Source of the DNA: Camelus dromedarius
Lineage: Eukaryota
Direction of reading: 5' to 3'
Length of the DNA stretch: 64,000 nucleotides
NCBI RefSeq assembly: GCF_036321535.1
Contig: NC_087437.1
Coordinates: 85,376,001 to 85,440,000 of the forward strand
Shown here: positions 24,955-38,692 of the stretch, piece after piece
Position numbering within the stretch: position 1 is the first letter of the stretch
Layout of the letters: every line of letters begins with the position of its first letter
Made by a program: the position numbers and the translations under genes
The notes under the pieces: model-generated
The model's database searches: none
Told to the model about the DNA's origin: nothing
The model's input: only the letters and a program-made list of their open reading frames with translations

Positions 24955-27900
24955 CTAAAGACTCAAGGTGGCCAAAGGCTATCACTTGCTTATTCATTTA
25001 TGATTGTTTTGTTTTCAAAAAGGCATAGGCCATCTTTTTATAAATTCAATTAAGTCCAGTGATTACTCTTGGCTATGACTCATTGAAACAAAGGGCCATG
25101 CATTAGAGAGAGATCAAGATGGCAGAGCAAGAGGACAGTGGGCTCACCTCCCCTCATGAACATATCAAAACTACAAATGCAGATACAAAACAACTCTCAC
25201 TGAAATCAACCTAGGAACTAACAGAATAGCTCTTTTACAAACAAGGCTGTAAAGAAGGAACACCAGAGTTTGAAGGAGAAGCAATCTGGTCAAGAACTGC
25301 ACCCTTAGTAGAGGACAAAGAAGAGGAATGGGTTATCACAGGCTCAGATATCTTACCTAGGGAACAAGGTGTTTGAGCTACACATTAGGCATCCCAGCTT
25401 TAGGGGGCCAATACGGGGAAGATGAGTTCCCTTAGCGGGTTTGAAAACTAGTGGGGGCTTACTAGAGGACAGTAAGAAACTGAGCCTCCACTCTTAAAAA
25501 GCATACACATGGACTTGCTTACTTCTATTCACAGTGCAGAGGCAACAGATTGAAAATTTCCTGGGGCTCTGACTGGCCAACCAGGACCACCCCAGTTGGC
25601 CGCCCACACTGGGCTCTTGCTTCAGTCCCTCTTGCTCCAGCATTGCTTCCCACTAAGGCAGTACTGCTTTGTCAATGAAACTGTGCACATCTGGAGGGAA
25701 AGGAGCTGGCACAAACCCAGGCCCGGCCTCAGGGGCAGAAGCAGCCACTGCCGACTCATGCTTTGGTGTGCACATTCTGAAGGGAGTCAAACTAACTCTG
25801 GGACAGAGTCCACCACTTCCACAGAGCATATCCCTGTGTTCACTTGGGTGAGGGTGGGGCAGCTCAATGGTGTGGTACCAACCCCTCCAGCCCCAACACA
25901 GCTGCCAACCAAGATGTGCACACCATGAGAAAAAGTGAAACTAGCACTAAGTACAGCTCCAAGCCCTCAGGCCCTTGCCATGCTCCAAACCAAGGTGGAG
26001 ACTGCCATCATACCAGGGAGAATCCCAACTGGGTCAGGGCTCCTGCTCCAGCCCCTTGGGCCCTGATCATGTCTCAGATAGGGTGGTGATGGCCACTGAA
26101 AATAGGAGAAGCCCCTGCTTGCTCCCGGCTCAGCTCTAGCTCCTCCAGCTCCAGCCCTACCTCCTACCAATGTGGTGTCTACCAACACATTGCAGAAGAA
26201 GACATGAACCATGTTCACTACAAATCCAGTCTCCCACTAAAGCCGTCGGGCATATGTAGACTGCATAGGGACATTCTCACCCAAAGACATGACTTCAAGA
26301 CTTGGATAGGTAACTGTTTCACCTAATTTCATAGAGACAGAGAAAATTAAAGTGAAAAACAGAGGAATATGTTTCAAATGAAAGAACAAGAAAAATCTGA
26401 AAAAAGCTAATCAAACAGAAAAATACTTTGAGCTGGGGAAAATAATAGACAAACAAAGTGAGAATTTTAAAAGAGAACTAGAAATTTTTTTAAAAATCCA
26501 GAGCTGAAGAATACAATAACTGTAAAAAAAAAAAAACAAAACAAACAAACAAAAAAAAACAACCAACTACACTAGTAGGAATTAATAGCAGATTAGGTGA
26601 TTTAAAAAAAAAACATACAAGCAATCTGGGAGATAGAATAATGGAAATCACTCCATCAGAACAGCAAAAAGGAAAACATGAGAATAGTTTAATGGATCAC
26701 TGAGACAACATTGAATGTACTAACATTAGCATTTTAGGGGTCCCAGAAGAAAAAGAGGGGGAAAAGTGAAGAAAATGCATTTGAGTAAGATAATGGCTGA
26801 AAAATTTTCAGAACAGAAGAAACAGGTATCCAGGTAAAGGAATACCAGAGTCCCAAACAACAGGAACCCAAAGAGATCTACAAGACATATGATATTAAAA
26901 TGGCAAAAGTTAAAGATAAAATAAAATTATAAAGGAAGCAAGAGAAAAACAAAGAGCCACATACAAGGGAATCCCTCTAAAGCTATCAATCAATTTTTCA
27001 GCATAAACTCTGCAGGTCAGAAGGGAGTGGCATGATATATTTAAATTACTGGGGGGAAAAAAAAAGCCCTCAACTTAGGATACTCTACCCAGCAAGGTTA
27101 TCATTCAGAATTGAAGGAGAGAGAGAAAAGTTCTCAAACAAGCAAAATCTAAGAGAATTCAGCAAAATCTAAAAGAGTTCATCAGTACTAAACTGCCCTT
27201 CCAAGATGTGTTAAAGGGTCTTCTTAAAGTGGAATAAAAAGCCTCCAACAAGAAATAAAGTATAAGAAGGAAACAATTTCACTGGTAAAGGGAAATATAT
27301 AGTAAAAGCAGTAGATTAATCACTTAAATAAGCTAGTACAGAAGTTACAAAAATTAAAAAATCAATTCTAACTATAAGAAACAGTTAAGGGATAGACATG
27401 AAGATATAAAATATGCCATCAAAAACACAAAACATCAAAATGTGAGGTTGGAGAGTAAAAAATGTGGAGTTTTTAGAATTTGTTCAAAGTTAAATGACTT
27501 ATCAGTTTAAAATGACTACCAGTTTAAAATAGCAAGATATAGTTACAGGTCAACATATATAAATTCCATGGTAACCAAAAATCAAAAATCTACAATAGAT
27601 AGATAAAAATTGGACAGAAAAGAAGACTAACATAAACACTAAAGAAAATCAAGCCACAGAGGAAGAGACTAAAAAAATAAGAAAACAGAGCAAAACTACA
27701 AAAACAACCAAAAAAGCAAATAACAAAATGAAATACATAGTACATACCCATCAATGATCATCTGAAATATCAATGGACTAAATGTGTCAATTAAAAGACA
27801 CAGAATGGCTAATCGGATTTTTAAAAGAAAAAGATCAATTTATATGCTGCCTATAAGAGAATAATTATAGAACTAAAAACACAGTCTGAAAGTGAGGGAA

Positions 27901-29713
27901 TAGAAAAAGATACTCCATGCAAATGGAAACAAAAAGAAAGCTGGAGTACCGACATTCATATCAGACAAAGTAAACTCTAAAAGTCTATAATGAAAAACAA
28001 AGACAGCCATTACATAATGAGAAAAGAATCAATACAAGAGGATGTAACATTTGTAAACATATGTGCACCTAATATACGGGCATCTAAATACATAAAGTAA
28101 ATATTAACAGTCATAAAGGGTGAAATTGACATTAAAACAATAATAGGAGGGTACTTTAACACCCTACTTATATCAATGGGGGGATTATCCAGACAGAAAA
28201 TCAATAAGGAAATCATGGCCTTCAATGATACAATAGACTAATTGGAGTTAATAGGTATCCATAGGACATTTCATCCAAAAACAGCAGAATAAACATTCTT
28301 TTCAAGTGCACGTGGAATATTCTCCAGGATATATGACATGGTAGGTCACAAAACAAGTCTCAACAAATTTAAAAGATGTTTGAAAAAAAAATTATCAAGC
28401 ATCATTTCCAAACCAAATAGTATAAAATTGGAAATAAATTATAGGAAAAAATGGGAAAAACACAAACACATGGAGTCTGAACAACATGCTACTAAAAAAT
28501 GGGTCAATAAAGAAATCAAAGAGAAAGTCAGAAACCTCTTGCGAATAATGACAGTAAAGCACCGCTTCACAAAACCTATGAGATGCAACAAAAGCAGTTC
28601 TAAGAGTTTTATAGCAACACAGGCCTATTTCAAGAAACAAGAAAAATTAACAATGTAGCTTATCATCTAAAGGAATTAGAAAAAGAAAAACAAAGCCCAG
28701 AGTCAAAAGAGGGAAGGAAATAAGGAACACAGAGGAAGGAAATAAGGAACACAGAGGAAGTAAATAAAATAGGGTCGAAAAAGCAACAGAAGAGATCAGT
28801 GTAATGAAGAGCTAGTTTTTTGAAAAGATAAGCAAAACTAGTAAGTCTTTACCCAGACTCATTGGAAAAAAAAAAAAAAAAGACTTAGACATAATAAGAA
28901 ATGAAAAAGGAAAAATTACAACTGATATCACAGAAATACAAACAATCATAAGGGAATACTATGAACAGTTATAATCCAACAAATTGAACAATCTTGAAGA
29001 AATGGATGTATTACTAGAAACATAGAATCTTCCAAGATTGATTCAGGAAGAAACAGATAAACATATAAACCAATTATGAGTATTGAAATTGAATCACTAA
29101 TCAAAAATTTCCAAACAAACAAAAATTCAGGATCAGACAGCTTCACAGGATAATTCTATTAAACATATATAGGAAAGCTAATACCTATCCATCTCAAACT
29201 GTTCCAAAAAATAGAAGAGGAGGGAACACCTCCAAACTCATACCACAAGGCCATTCTTATTCTGATACCAAAACCAGACAAAGACACCACAAAAAAGAAA
29301 ACTGCAGGCCAATATAGCTGATAAATATAGATGCTAAAATCCTTAACAAAACATTAACAAATTGAATTGAAGAATATATAAGAAGGATAATACACCAAGA
29401 TAAAGTGATATATATTCCAGGTATGCAAGGATGGTTCAATGTCCACAAATCAGTCAATATGATAAGCCATATTAACAAAAGGAAGGATAAAAATTATCTC
29501 AATAGATGCAGAAAAAACTTCAGACAAAAATCAACATCCATTTATGATAAAAACAAAGTGGGTACAAAGACAATGTACCTCAACATAAATAAATTCTAGA
29601 TATAACAAGCCCATAGCTAACATCATATTCAATAGTGAAAAATTGAAAGCATTTCCTCTAAGATCAAGAACAAGACAAAATGTTTATCATTTTTATTCAC
29701 ACAGTATTAGAAG

Positions 29714-30057
29714 AAAGAGGATACTAATGAACTCATCTACAAAACAGTAATAGACTCGCAGACATAATAAACAATTTTATGGTTACCAGGGGAAAAGGGG
29801 TGTGAAGGGATATATTTGGGAGTTTGAGATTTGCAAAGGTTAACCATTATATATAAATATAGATAAAAACCAAATTTCTTCTGATAGCACAGGAAACTAT
29901 ATTCACTGCCTTGTAATAGCCTTTTATGAAAAAGAATATGAAACAAATATATGTATATATATATATATGCATGACTGGGACATACACCAGAAATTGACAT
30001 ATCATTGTAACTGACTATACTTCAATGAAAAAATAAATAAATAAATAAATAATAAAA
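29714..30057 (+). mobile_element. Young 5'-truncated L1 (3'UTR only) inserted in host ORF2
   Basis: gaagggatatatttgggagtttgagatttgc...ctatacttcaat plus (AAAT)n tail; flanks agaag at 29709-29713 and 30058-30062; host tattagaagtcctag restored on removal. Confidence 0.9.
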
Positions 30058-32117
30058 AGAAGTCCTAGTCACAGCCATCAGACAAGAACAGAAATAAAAT
30101 GCATTCAAATTAGAATGGAAGAAGTGAAACTGTTACTATTTCAAATTATATGACCATACATAAAAACTTTATATACTCCACCACAAAAATATTAGAAAAA
30201 ATGAATTAAGTAAAGTTGTAGGACACAATATTAATTACACAAATCAGTTGCTTTTCTATACACTAACAATGAACCATCAGTAAGGGCAATCAAGAAAGCA
30301 ATCCCATTTAAAATCACATCAAAAATAATAAAATGTGTAGGAATAAGCTTAATCAAAAGGTGAAAGACCTATATTATGAAACTATAAGGTATTAATGAAG
30401 GAAACAGAAGATGATACAATTAAATGGAGAGATATCCCATGTTCATAAACTGGAAGAAATATTGTTAAAATATCCATACTCCTCAAAGCAATCTACAGAT
30501 TTAATGTCAAGAATACCCATGACATTTTTTCACAGAACTAGAAAATAATCCTAAAATTTGTATGGAACCACAAAGACAATGAAGAGCCACAGCAATCTTG
30601 AGAAAAAAAGAACAAAGCTGGCAGTATCATGCTTCCTAACTTCAGATTATACTACAAAGCTACAATAATTAAAAACAGTGTGGTACTGGCACAAAAACAG
30701 ACACAGATCAATGGAACAGTATAGACAGCCCCCAAAATAAACCCACACACATATGGTAAATTAATCTACAACAAAGGAGACAAAATATACAATGGGGAAA
30801 AGACAATTTCTTCAATAAATGGTGCTGGGAAAACTGGATTGCTACATGCAGAAGAATGAGATTAGAGCCCTTACTCACACCATGTACAAAAATAAACTCA
30901 AAATGTAAACTCTAATACCTAAAACCATAAAACTTTAGAAGAAAACATGAGTACACTTTTCTACATTCATCTTAGTAAAAATTTTTTGGATATGTCTCTT
31001 CAGGGAAAAGAAACAAAAGCAAAAATAAGCAAGTGTGACTATATCAAACTAAAAAGCTTTTCCACAGTGTAGGAAACCATCAGCAAAGTGAAAAAGTGGC
31101 CTACTGAATGGGAGAAGATATTTGCAAATGATATATCTGATAAGAGGTCAATATCCAAAATAGACAACTAATATATCTCAACATCAAAAAAAATCCAATT
31201 TAAAAATAGGCAGAATACCTTAAAGACATTTTTCCAAAGACAACATACAGCCAACAGACACATGAAAAATTGCTAAACATCACTAATTATCAGGGAAACC
31301 CAACTCAAAACCACAATAAAATATCACTTTACACCTGTTATTTTCTAAAAGACAACAAATAACAAGTGTTGGCAAGGTTGTGGAAAAAAAGGTATCCTTG
31401 TGCACTGTTGTTGGGAATGTAAATTGGTGTAGCCATTATGGAAAACAGTATGGAGATTCCTTAAAAAATTAAAAATTGAACTACCATAAAATACAGCAAA
31501 TCTACCACCGAATATTTATCTGAAGAAAATCAAAACATTAATTTGAAAAGATATATGCATCCCTATGTTCATTGCAGCATTATTTACAATAGCCAAGACA
31601 TGGAAGCAACCTAAGTTGTTCATCAATAGATGAATAGTTAAAATGTAGTATATATATACAATGGCATATTACTCAGCCATGAAAAGAATGAAATGCTGCC
31701 ATTTGTAGCAACATAGATAGACATAGAGAATATTACGCTTAATGAAATATGTCAGACAGAGAAAGACAAATACTGTATGATTTACATATATGTGGACTCT
31801 AAAAAATAAAACAAATGAACAGAGTCAGATAAACAGAGAACAAACAGGCAGTTTCCAGAGGGAGGGGGCTAGGGAGAGGAGAGAAATAGCTGAGGGAGAT
31901 TGAGAGGTACACATTTTCAGCTATAAAATAAGTCTTAGGTATGAAATGTACAGTATGGGAAATATAGTCAATAATTACATAATATCTATGTATGGTGAAA
32001 TTGTACCTGGACTTATCATGGTGATCATTCTGAAATATATAGAAATATCAAATCACTATGTTGTGTACCAGGAAATAACATAGTGCTTTATGTCAACTGT
32101 ACTTCAAAAACAACCAA

Positions 32118-32596
32118 GAAGTTGTTGTATATTTATACAATGGAATACTACTCAGCCATAAAAATGCCATTTGCAGCAACATGGATGGACTTGGAGATTG
32201 TCATTCTAAGTGAAGTAAGCCAGAAAGAGATAGAAAAATACCATGTGGTATCACTTATATGTGGAATCTAAAAAAAGACAGATGAACTTATTTACAAAAA
32301 AGAAACAGAGTCACAGACCTAGAAAGCAAACTTATGATTACCAGTGATGGAAGGGGGTGGGAAGGGATAAATTGGGAGTTTGAGATTTACAGATATTACT
32401 ATATATAAAATAGATAAACAACAAGTTTATACTGTATAGCACAGGGAATTATACTCAATATCTTGTAGTAACCTATAATGAAAAAGAATATAAAAATGAA
32501 TATATTCATGTATTTGTATGACCAAAATATTAACGCTGTACACAAGAAATCAACACAACATTGTAAACTGACTAAACGTCAATAAAACAAACAAAC
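32118..32596 (+). mobile_element. Young 5'-truncated L1 (ORF2 C-terminus plus 3'UTR) inserted in the host 3'UTR
   Basis: Peptide [12 protein letters not shown]...[23 protein letters not shown]; same 3'UTR family as 29714 and 36530. Confidence 0.9.
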
Positions 32597-33104
32597 AGAA
32601 ACCACCCACCCAATAAACTCAGAGAAGAAGACATCAGATCTGTGATTACCAGAGGCAAGTGGTGTTGGAGAAGGGGAATAGGAGGGAAAAAGGGAAAAAA
32701 AAAGATTATTTATAATATACCTGTTTAGGATAAAGCTTATAAGTTTTTCTTTGTATGTTAAAAACAAGAACCATTTACTGTGATGGTATTTGGAAAACAG
32801 TTTGGTGTTATCTGTCATACTTCAATTTGTGTATACTCTATGTTATATAAATTCCACTCCTAGAAATATATTCTTATAGTACGGTTCCACATAGCCACCA
32901 GAGATATGCATAATGTTTATAGCAGCATCATTCATAATAATAGTAAGTAAATATGTGACCTGGAAATAAGATCAATAGTCATTAATAGTAAGGAAAAAAA
33001 TTCTTATATATCAAGGGAATATTATAAGATTGTGAAAATGGAAGAACAGCAAAAGTCATCAATATTAATAACCATGACAGGACTCTAAGATATAACAACT
33101 CTGC

Positions 33105-33300
33105 CTGGAGCCAGACTTCTTGGTTTCTAATCCTGTCTTAGCCATTTACCTGCTGTTTAGCCATGCGCTTAATCCTTAACCGCTCCATGACTCATTTTCC
33201 TCAAGTATAAAATGAGAATAATTAAAGCAAACAACTACCAAAAATTATGGCAATATTAGATTGCTTATGTTCATAGTAAGTATCATAAAATTGTTAGTTT
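33105..33300 (+). mobile_element. MIR SINE
   Basis: tggagccagac...ctcattttcctcaagtataaaatgagaataat...catagtaagtatca. Confidence 0.75.
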
Positions 33301-33812
33301 TTGCTATCCCACAAATTTCCCACCAAAATATTTCTGAAGAAACAAATTTCAAAAGAATACATAAAAACTGTTAGTATATTTAATATTAAAAATAAGCAAA
33401 ACAATATTTAATAAATATTTATATTTGCAATTAATCTATTTAAAAAATAACAAGAACATAACTAACTAGAAAAAAGGATAGAAGTTATTGTCTTGAGGGT
33501 CAGAAGGGAATAATTTCAGGCCCTTGCCAGGATCTTGAAATGCTATTTGCACTTCCATATTCACTGCAGCAATAGTCACAAATGCCAACGTGTGGAACAA
33601 CCTAACTGTGCATCGATGGATGACTGAATAAAGATAACGTCCTGTCAGCCATATTTAGAAGGAAATCCTCTCTCCATATTCTATATTCCTGCTGTCTTGC
33701 ACAGGCAGGATTTGACAGAATATGATTACAGCTACTTCACTGATTCACTGTAATAGTCCTTGATAGAGTAATTCTTTGTAATTTACAAATGATCCCTACA
33801 CAATCCCCTTAC

Positions 33813-34162
33813 TTCTCCAAGTATATGATAACTGCTGAACACTTGAATTATCTCAGATCAAAGAAATTCCTGCCCTTGGACCTACAGGCTCTACTGACAT
33901 CTATCCTTAATCAGATTCGATCTTGTACACTAAGGCAGACTTGATTCCATTCTTTGGAAATTTTTTAAACTCAGTTCTCCTTTGAGACCCTGTTTGTGGC
34001 TCATCCTGTAACTTCAAACTTACAGTGAATTTTCTAGTTTTCTCAACAATGTATTTATTGTATAAGCCTTGGTGACATTTTGTCCCCATTAACTTCATCT
34101 TCCTGAACTGTGCCTCTTGCTTCAGTTCCTGCTGATTTGTCTTGAAGCTGCGATCTCTGTAA
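33813..34162 (-). pseudogene. Candidate large exon: YRDRSFKTNQQELKQEAQFRKMKLMGTKCHQGLYNKYIVEKTRKFTVSLKLQDEPQTGSQRRTEFKKFPKNGIKSALVYKIESD*; 3' border uncertain
   Basis: Acceptor ctgattgtcctctgctag|T (phase 2); 84 open codons in unique DNA; possible donor |gtaagg at 33812 would need a frameshift. Confidence 0.55.
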
Positions 34163-34995
34163 CTAGCAGAGGACAATCAGAGAACTTGTCTCTAAGGACC
34201 GTTTTTTAGAGGCAGTGACATGAGATTCTAGGAACGTGGACAGGGGCAGGAACTCAGTTAATAAGAAACTGGAGGGAAAAGGTCAGAATAACCTCAAGAG
34301 TAGAACTGACAAGTCTAACTTGCTGAGTACTAAACCAGGAATTCTTAACAGCTATCAGGGTTAGAATAATGTAGAGGCGAGGTCTTAACAGAGTCTTGAA
34401 CAAAAATACAATATTTTACTAAGTTTGATTTACACGTCATCCTGCTGGAGCATACTTGACAAGAGTGTGAAGACATCTCTGTGCCTGTGAAGAGAACAGG
34501 CAGAGGTGTGATTGTCTCCATTTGACTCATTGGAGGTGGAAAACAAAGTTGTCTAGTTTGAGTCAAGGCTGATGTTTTTAAGAACAACTATTTATATTTC
34601 CTACATCATCATTTTATATCCAAATGTCTTCATTAAAATGCCAGTCACAGGAACACTGAGTTATTTTGTAAACTTTCAGACTTTCTAAATAGTCGTAAAA
34701 GAAGGGAATTTGTTAGCAATGTTTATTTGAAGTAATCTATAAAGACAATCTAGCCTTCCCTCTTACATCTAAGATCAATAAATCAGATACTACATCATGT
34801 CTTTGGTGGGTATGATTGATTCATTGGTTTTTCAATATTTTAACATTTAAAAAAAAAACTATTGTACTGACTCTGTGAAGTTCCCATTTAAATGTGAAGT
34901 TATATAAATTGATTTTAACAACTGAGTATCCTCTTTTCCTACAAAGCAGTTAGAAGAAAAAAATCTGAGAATTTAATGAAAATTGCAATACTTAC

Positions 34996-35095
34996 CAACT
35001 GCATGCTATTATAAAAATGCCTCCTGCTCCTGACCTAGTGTTTCTTAGCGGTATTTTGAGTCTTGACATATTTCACGTGGGTGGAAAATTAATTC
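34996..35095 (-). pseudogene. Candidate exon: MSRLKIPLRNTRSGAGGIFIIACS, ending phase 2; 5' border uncertain
   Basis: Strong donor TTG|gtaagt; ATG at 35069-35067; in-frame TGA at 35075-35073; phase fits exon 34162. Confidence 0.5.
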
Positions 35096-36227
35096 TGACT
35101 ACTTTAGTTTAATTTAATACTATACTATTTTGGAATAGTTTCTAAGTAACTATGCTACTGAAAATTTAGTGTTATTCTTTTAAAAACTTTATTATTCTAG
35201 TTTTATCAGTATGGACATATCTGTTATTATGGTAAAGTTTATATAAAATGACCTTTCTACATTATAGTCTGTTTTAGGATTTTAATCTTAGCTTTTTATA
35301 TTATAACAATATTGAGTCAAATTGAAAATTTATGTGCCAACAGAGTAATTTTTAGTTGTGAGAAAGTAACAGTAGACTGAAATATTTGGTAAAGCATGTT
35401 TCCTTTGCATACTTAAGAAATAATTTATATCTAATGGAGAGACAGTTTCCATGTTAATTCTAATTTTTAATATTAGTGCTCAGATATTTCAATGAATAAG
35501 TTCAATTCTTAGTATTTGGTCCATTGAAAAATTTTGAAACTAGTCTCAATCCTAGACTAGAAACAAACTTTAGGATCTCTGACTTTCTTATGCCTCTTGT
35601 TTTTCAGAAGATATTATTTCAAGAGAGGTGAACAGAACTGAAGCACATATGTCATTTGATTAACTGCATTCATAAAGATATAGCAAAACATAGATGAGTA
35701 TAAATTCAAGTTCTTTCTTTCTCATATTTGAAAAGTGTTATTTAATAAAAAACATAGCTGTGTCTTCAAGGTTCAGAGAGGTTAATTTCTGCTTCCAAGA
35801 AAACTGCTTTGATTTCCATTGACTTTTAATTACTTTCTTAAGGCTAATATCTGGGATCCTCCACCTGCTGACACTTTGTAAAACATTTTGGAATAGCAAC
35901 ACAAAAATACCACGGTATAGTCAACAGTCAGCTATTAAGTTCTAATAGTAAAACATTATTTTTGTAAGTTTTAAGATAGTTGAAAGTTCCTACTTATCAT
36001 GAGACTGTATTTCTAAATGTTAACTCCAGACGGAGCATATAATTCTGGGTAGCAACTGTAAGAAATTTCAGAGACTTTCATAATGCTGTAAGTTTAACAT
36101 AATAAAGACACAGGCATTTCATTTGAATTGCATTTATATATACCTTGGTGGTTTGAATTTTTATATCTTAAGAAATGTATGCTTTATTAAGATCAAAGCA
36201 ATTGTGATCAATGATTATCACATGTAT

Positions 36228-37058
36228 TGTTAGGCAGTTAGACAGAAATGAGTACCGGGCAGGGGGAGAGGAAGAGGGAAGGAACAACCCAGAAAATAAC
36301 AGTACGCCTGCACTCAGGATAAGGGACTCCAATTTTTTTTTTTTTTTTTAATTTCTCTAAATGAGGATCGCAAAGAAGCCAGCTAGGATTGAATGCTGCG
36401 GCTGCACAGTAGAGAGAAGGACCAGGCTTAACTTGACCCGATGCTCATTACAATGTATTTAACATCACGGTTTGAGCCCCCTCCCGTAGGTTTCTCTGTG
36501 TGTATCATGGGTAAGAACATGAGCAACTGGGGGGAAGAGGGTGGGAAGGGATAAACTGGGAGTTCTAGATTTGCAGATACTAATACACGTAAAACAGATA
36601 AACAAGTTTATACTGTATTTCACAGGGAACTATATTCAATATCTAGTAGTAACTTATGGTGAAAAAGGATATGAAAACAAATATATGCATGTTCCTGTAT
36701 GACTGAAGTATTGTGCTGTACACCAGAAATCGACACAACATTGTAAACTGACTATACTTCAACTAAAAAAAAAAGAGAAAGAGATGGGTGTGCCTCAGCA
36801 CAAGGAACATGAGCCATGAATCAATCACAAAAGGCCACCTAAGCCAGGATATAAAACAGGAGAAACAAAGGAGCGGCTACATTTTTCCTCTTTTGGATTG
36901 GCCCACTCTCAGTGCTCAGGGATACTGTATTTTACTATCTTTTTATTTCACTAATAAAATCTCCTGTTATATCACACTTTCTGTCTCTCATTAAAAATTC
37001 ATTTGTTTTTGGTTGACTAAGAACCAAGGTAACTTTTATTCCCCTCCTCCCAGTAACA
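36228..37058 (+). mobile_element. ERV solo LTR (ERV1-type 4-bp TSD) carrying an L1 3'UTR insertion
   Basis: Termini TGTTA...TAACA; flanks gtat/gcat; TATAAAA at 36849; AATAAA at 36953. Confidence 0.85.
36528..36775 (+). mobile_element. Young L1 3'UTR fragment inside the LTR
   Basis: gggtgggaagggataaactgggagttctagatttgcagatac...actatacttcaact plus A-tail. Confidence 0.9.
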
Positions 37059-38597
37059 GCATCAATCCCTAAAATGACCTTTACTGATATTAAATGCTAA
37101 TTTCTTAGCAGAAAGTTTTTACTTTGACTTGCATATCTACACAAGTGATTCATAGCATAAATAACTTAAACAAATATCTAAATAATTACTGCTAAGTACA
37201 CAAAAAAATGCATGTGAAAAGAACTATACTTAAAACTATATTCTTACTAGCTATATTAAAAATACACCGTGATTGTTAGAGAGCATAGTTCTTAATGCAA
37301 AGATTTCATAAATAAAAATTTCATCCCTTTTATTTCAACTTCACTCATTAACTAATATGGTACATTTTGAACCTAAATTATAACCCTTCTACCAATATCT
37401 TAATATTTTAAAGTGGGGAATGGCACTAAAAAATGGTTTATTAATTAACTTGATCAACTCAGCAACTCCTCAAAAACTTAACATTTTTACCTGAAAAAAT
37501 GTAAATCTGACAGCACACAATGAAATGAAGTATAAACAGACTGGGTCCAGATGTTCAATCATCAAGATGCAGGATGTTTGATCTGCAGGAAAGGTATGTG
37601 ATTTATGTGCTTTGACTCAGAAAGCTTTAGAATGGTTAGAATTAGATCAAGGGAGCCAGGAAAAATTATCAATATGAATGCTACACTGAGTTATTTTTTT
37701 TCCCAACCAATACCTGGAGCATTCTGTGGGTAATATAGCAATCAAATGAGCCAATGGAGCTGTCGTTAGTGGCTTTGCACTCATGCCCTACTAATGAAAA
37801 TTGACAAAAAGACAGATAGTATGCAAAGAGGGCATAAAGGTTTGAAATCCAAATTGAACAAATTAGCAGAGAAAGTTAATAATCTGGAAACACCGATCGA
37901 TGGCCCAAAGGAATAAACTGCTAGCATTGACTGAGTCATTACACGAAGCTCAAAGGAAATGATACACTCTAAAAATTTTGCAGCAGTGGGAAAGAAAGGA
38001 AGGTAAAGTTTTGTGACTTTAACTAGAAACCAGTGAGAACTGAACATGCTCCATAAACATCGAATTTACCTCAGGGGTTAGAGAAACCAACCAGGTAGCC
38101 TACTTGAAAAATGATGATTCCAAAGTCTTTAAATTGAATGCAAGATGCAGTTAGTTAATTCCTCAGGAAAGAAAAGAACATACCATGGGATTTTTTGTTT
38201 GCTTTTGGGGTTTTTTTGGCCTGGTTTTCAGGAAAAGTATGTTTTTAAGTGGAAAATGGTACAATAAAGTAAATGGTTCCAATTTACTTTCTAGAAAAAT
38301 TAATTCAAATTATTTTCTCTTCCATATAATTTTCACAGTATAATAAAACTCCAGGAGAATTAATGCATGTACAAATTAAACACATGAACAAATTAAAATA
38401 GATTTGCCCTTGCCAATAGACTATTCTTTTTTAAATCTAATTTTTTCCAGAATTATTATCATTTTTAATTTCCTTTTTTTTTTTTTTTTTTTTTTTTTGG
38501 TGAGGAGGGTAGATATACGTTGGTGGAGAGCAGTTTCTGCCCATTGCATAGACCTGTGCCTCACATCTCCCCTGACCTTCTGGGGCCCGTGGTGTTG

Positions 38598-38692
38598 GAA
38601 TTACTATCTACCCCAGGTTTGCTGATGAAGGTGCTGGGGTACAAAGACATAAAGAAACTTGCTCAGGGCCCAGGGTTAGATCCCAGGTCACT
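38598..38692 (-). mobile_element. MIR core fragment
   Basis: attactatctaccccaggtttgctgatgaagg...aagaaacttgctcaggg...gatcccaggtc. Confidence 0.6.

Larger units (their letters stand above)
25106..32700 (+). mobile_element. Near-full-length intermediate-age L1 with ~1.2-kb GC-richer 5'UTR, decayed ORF1/ORF2 and a duplicated-type 3'UTR
   Basis: 5' YY1-like CAAGATGGC at 25115-25123; ORF1-like ~26350-27235; ORF2-like ~27730-31800; two younger L1 fragments inserted. Confidence 0.93.

Noticed and set aside
34187..34214. Small hairpin tgtctctaa...ttagaggca
   Set aside because: A 9-bp imperfect stem is expected by chance in 64 kb
5128..35095. Assigning a gene symbol to the cryptic exon chain (faint recalled resemblance to the HEATR4 N-terminal region)
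   Set aside because: The resemblance is only a few residues and from memory; it cannot be supported without a search
36144..36166. 23-nt AG/GT-bounded mini-exon candidate on the minus strand
   Set aside because: Too short, and its phase fit depends on uncertain neighbouring borders
38499..38520. Possible tail of a camelid tRNA-derived SINE after the poly-T
   Set aside because: No A/B boxes or SINE body follow
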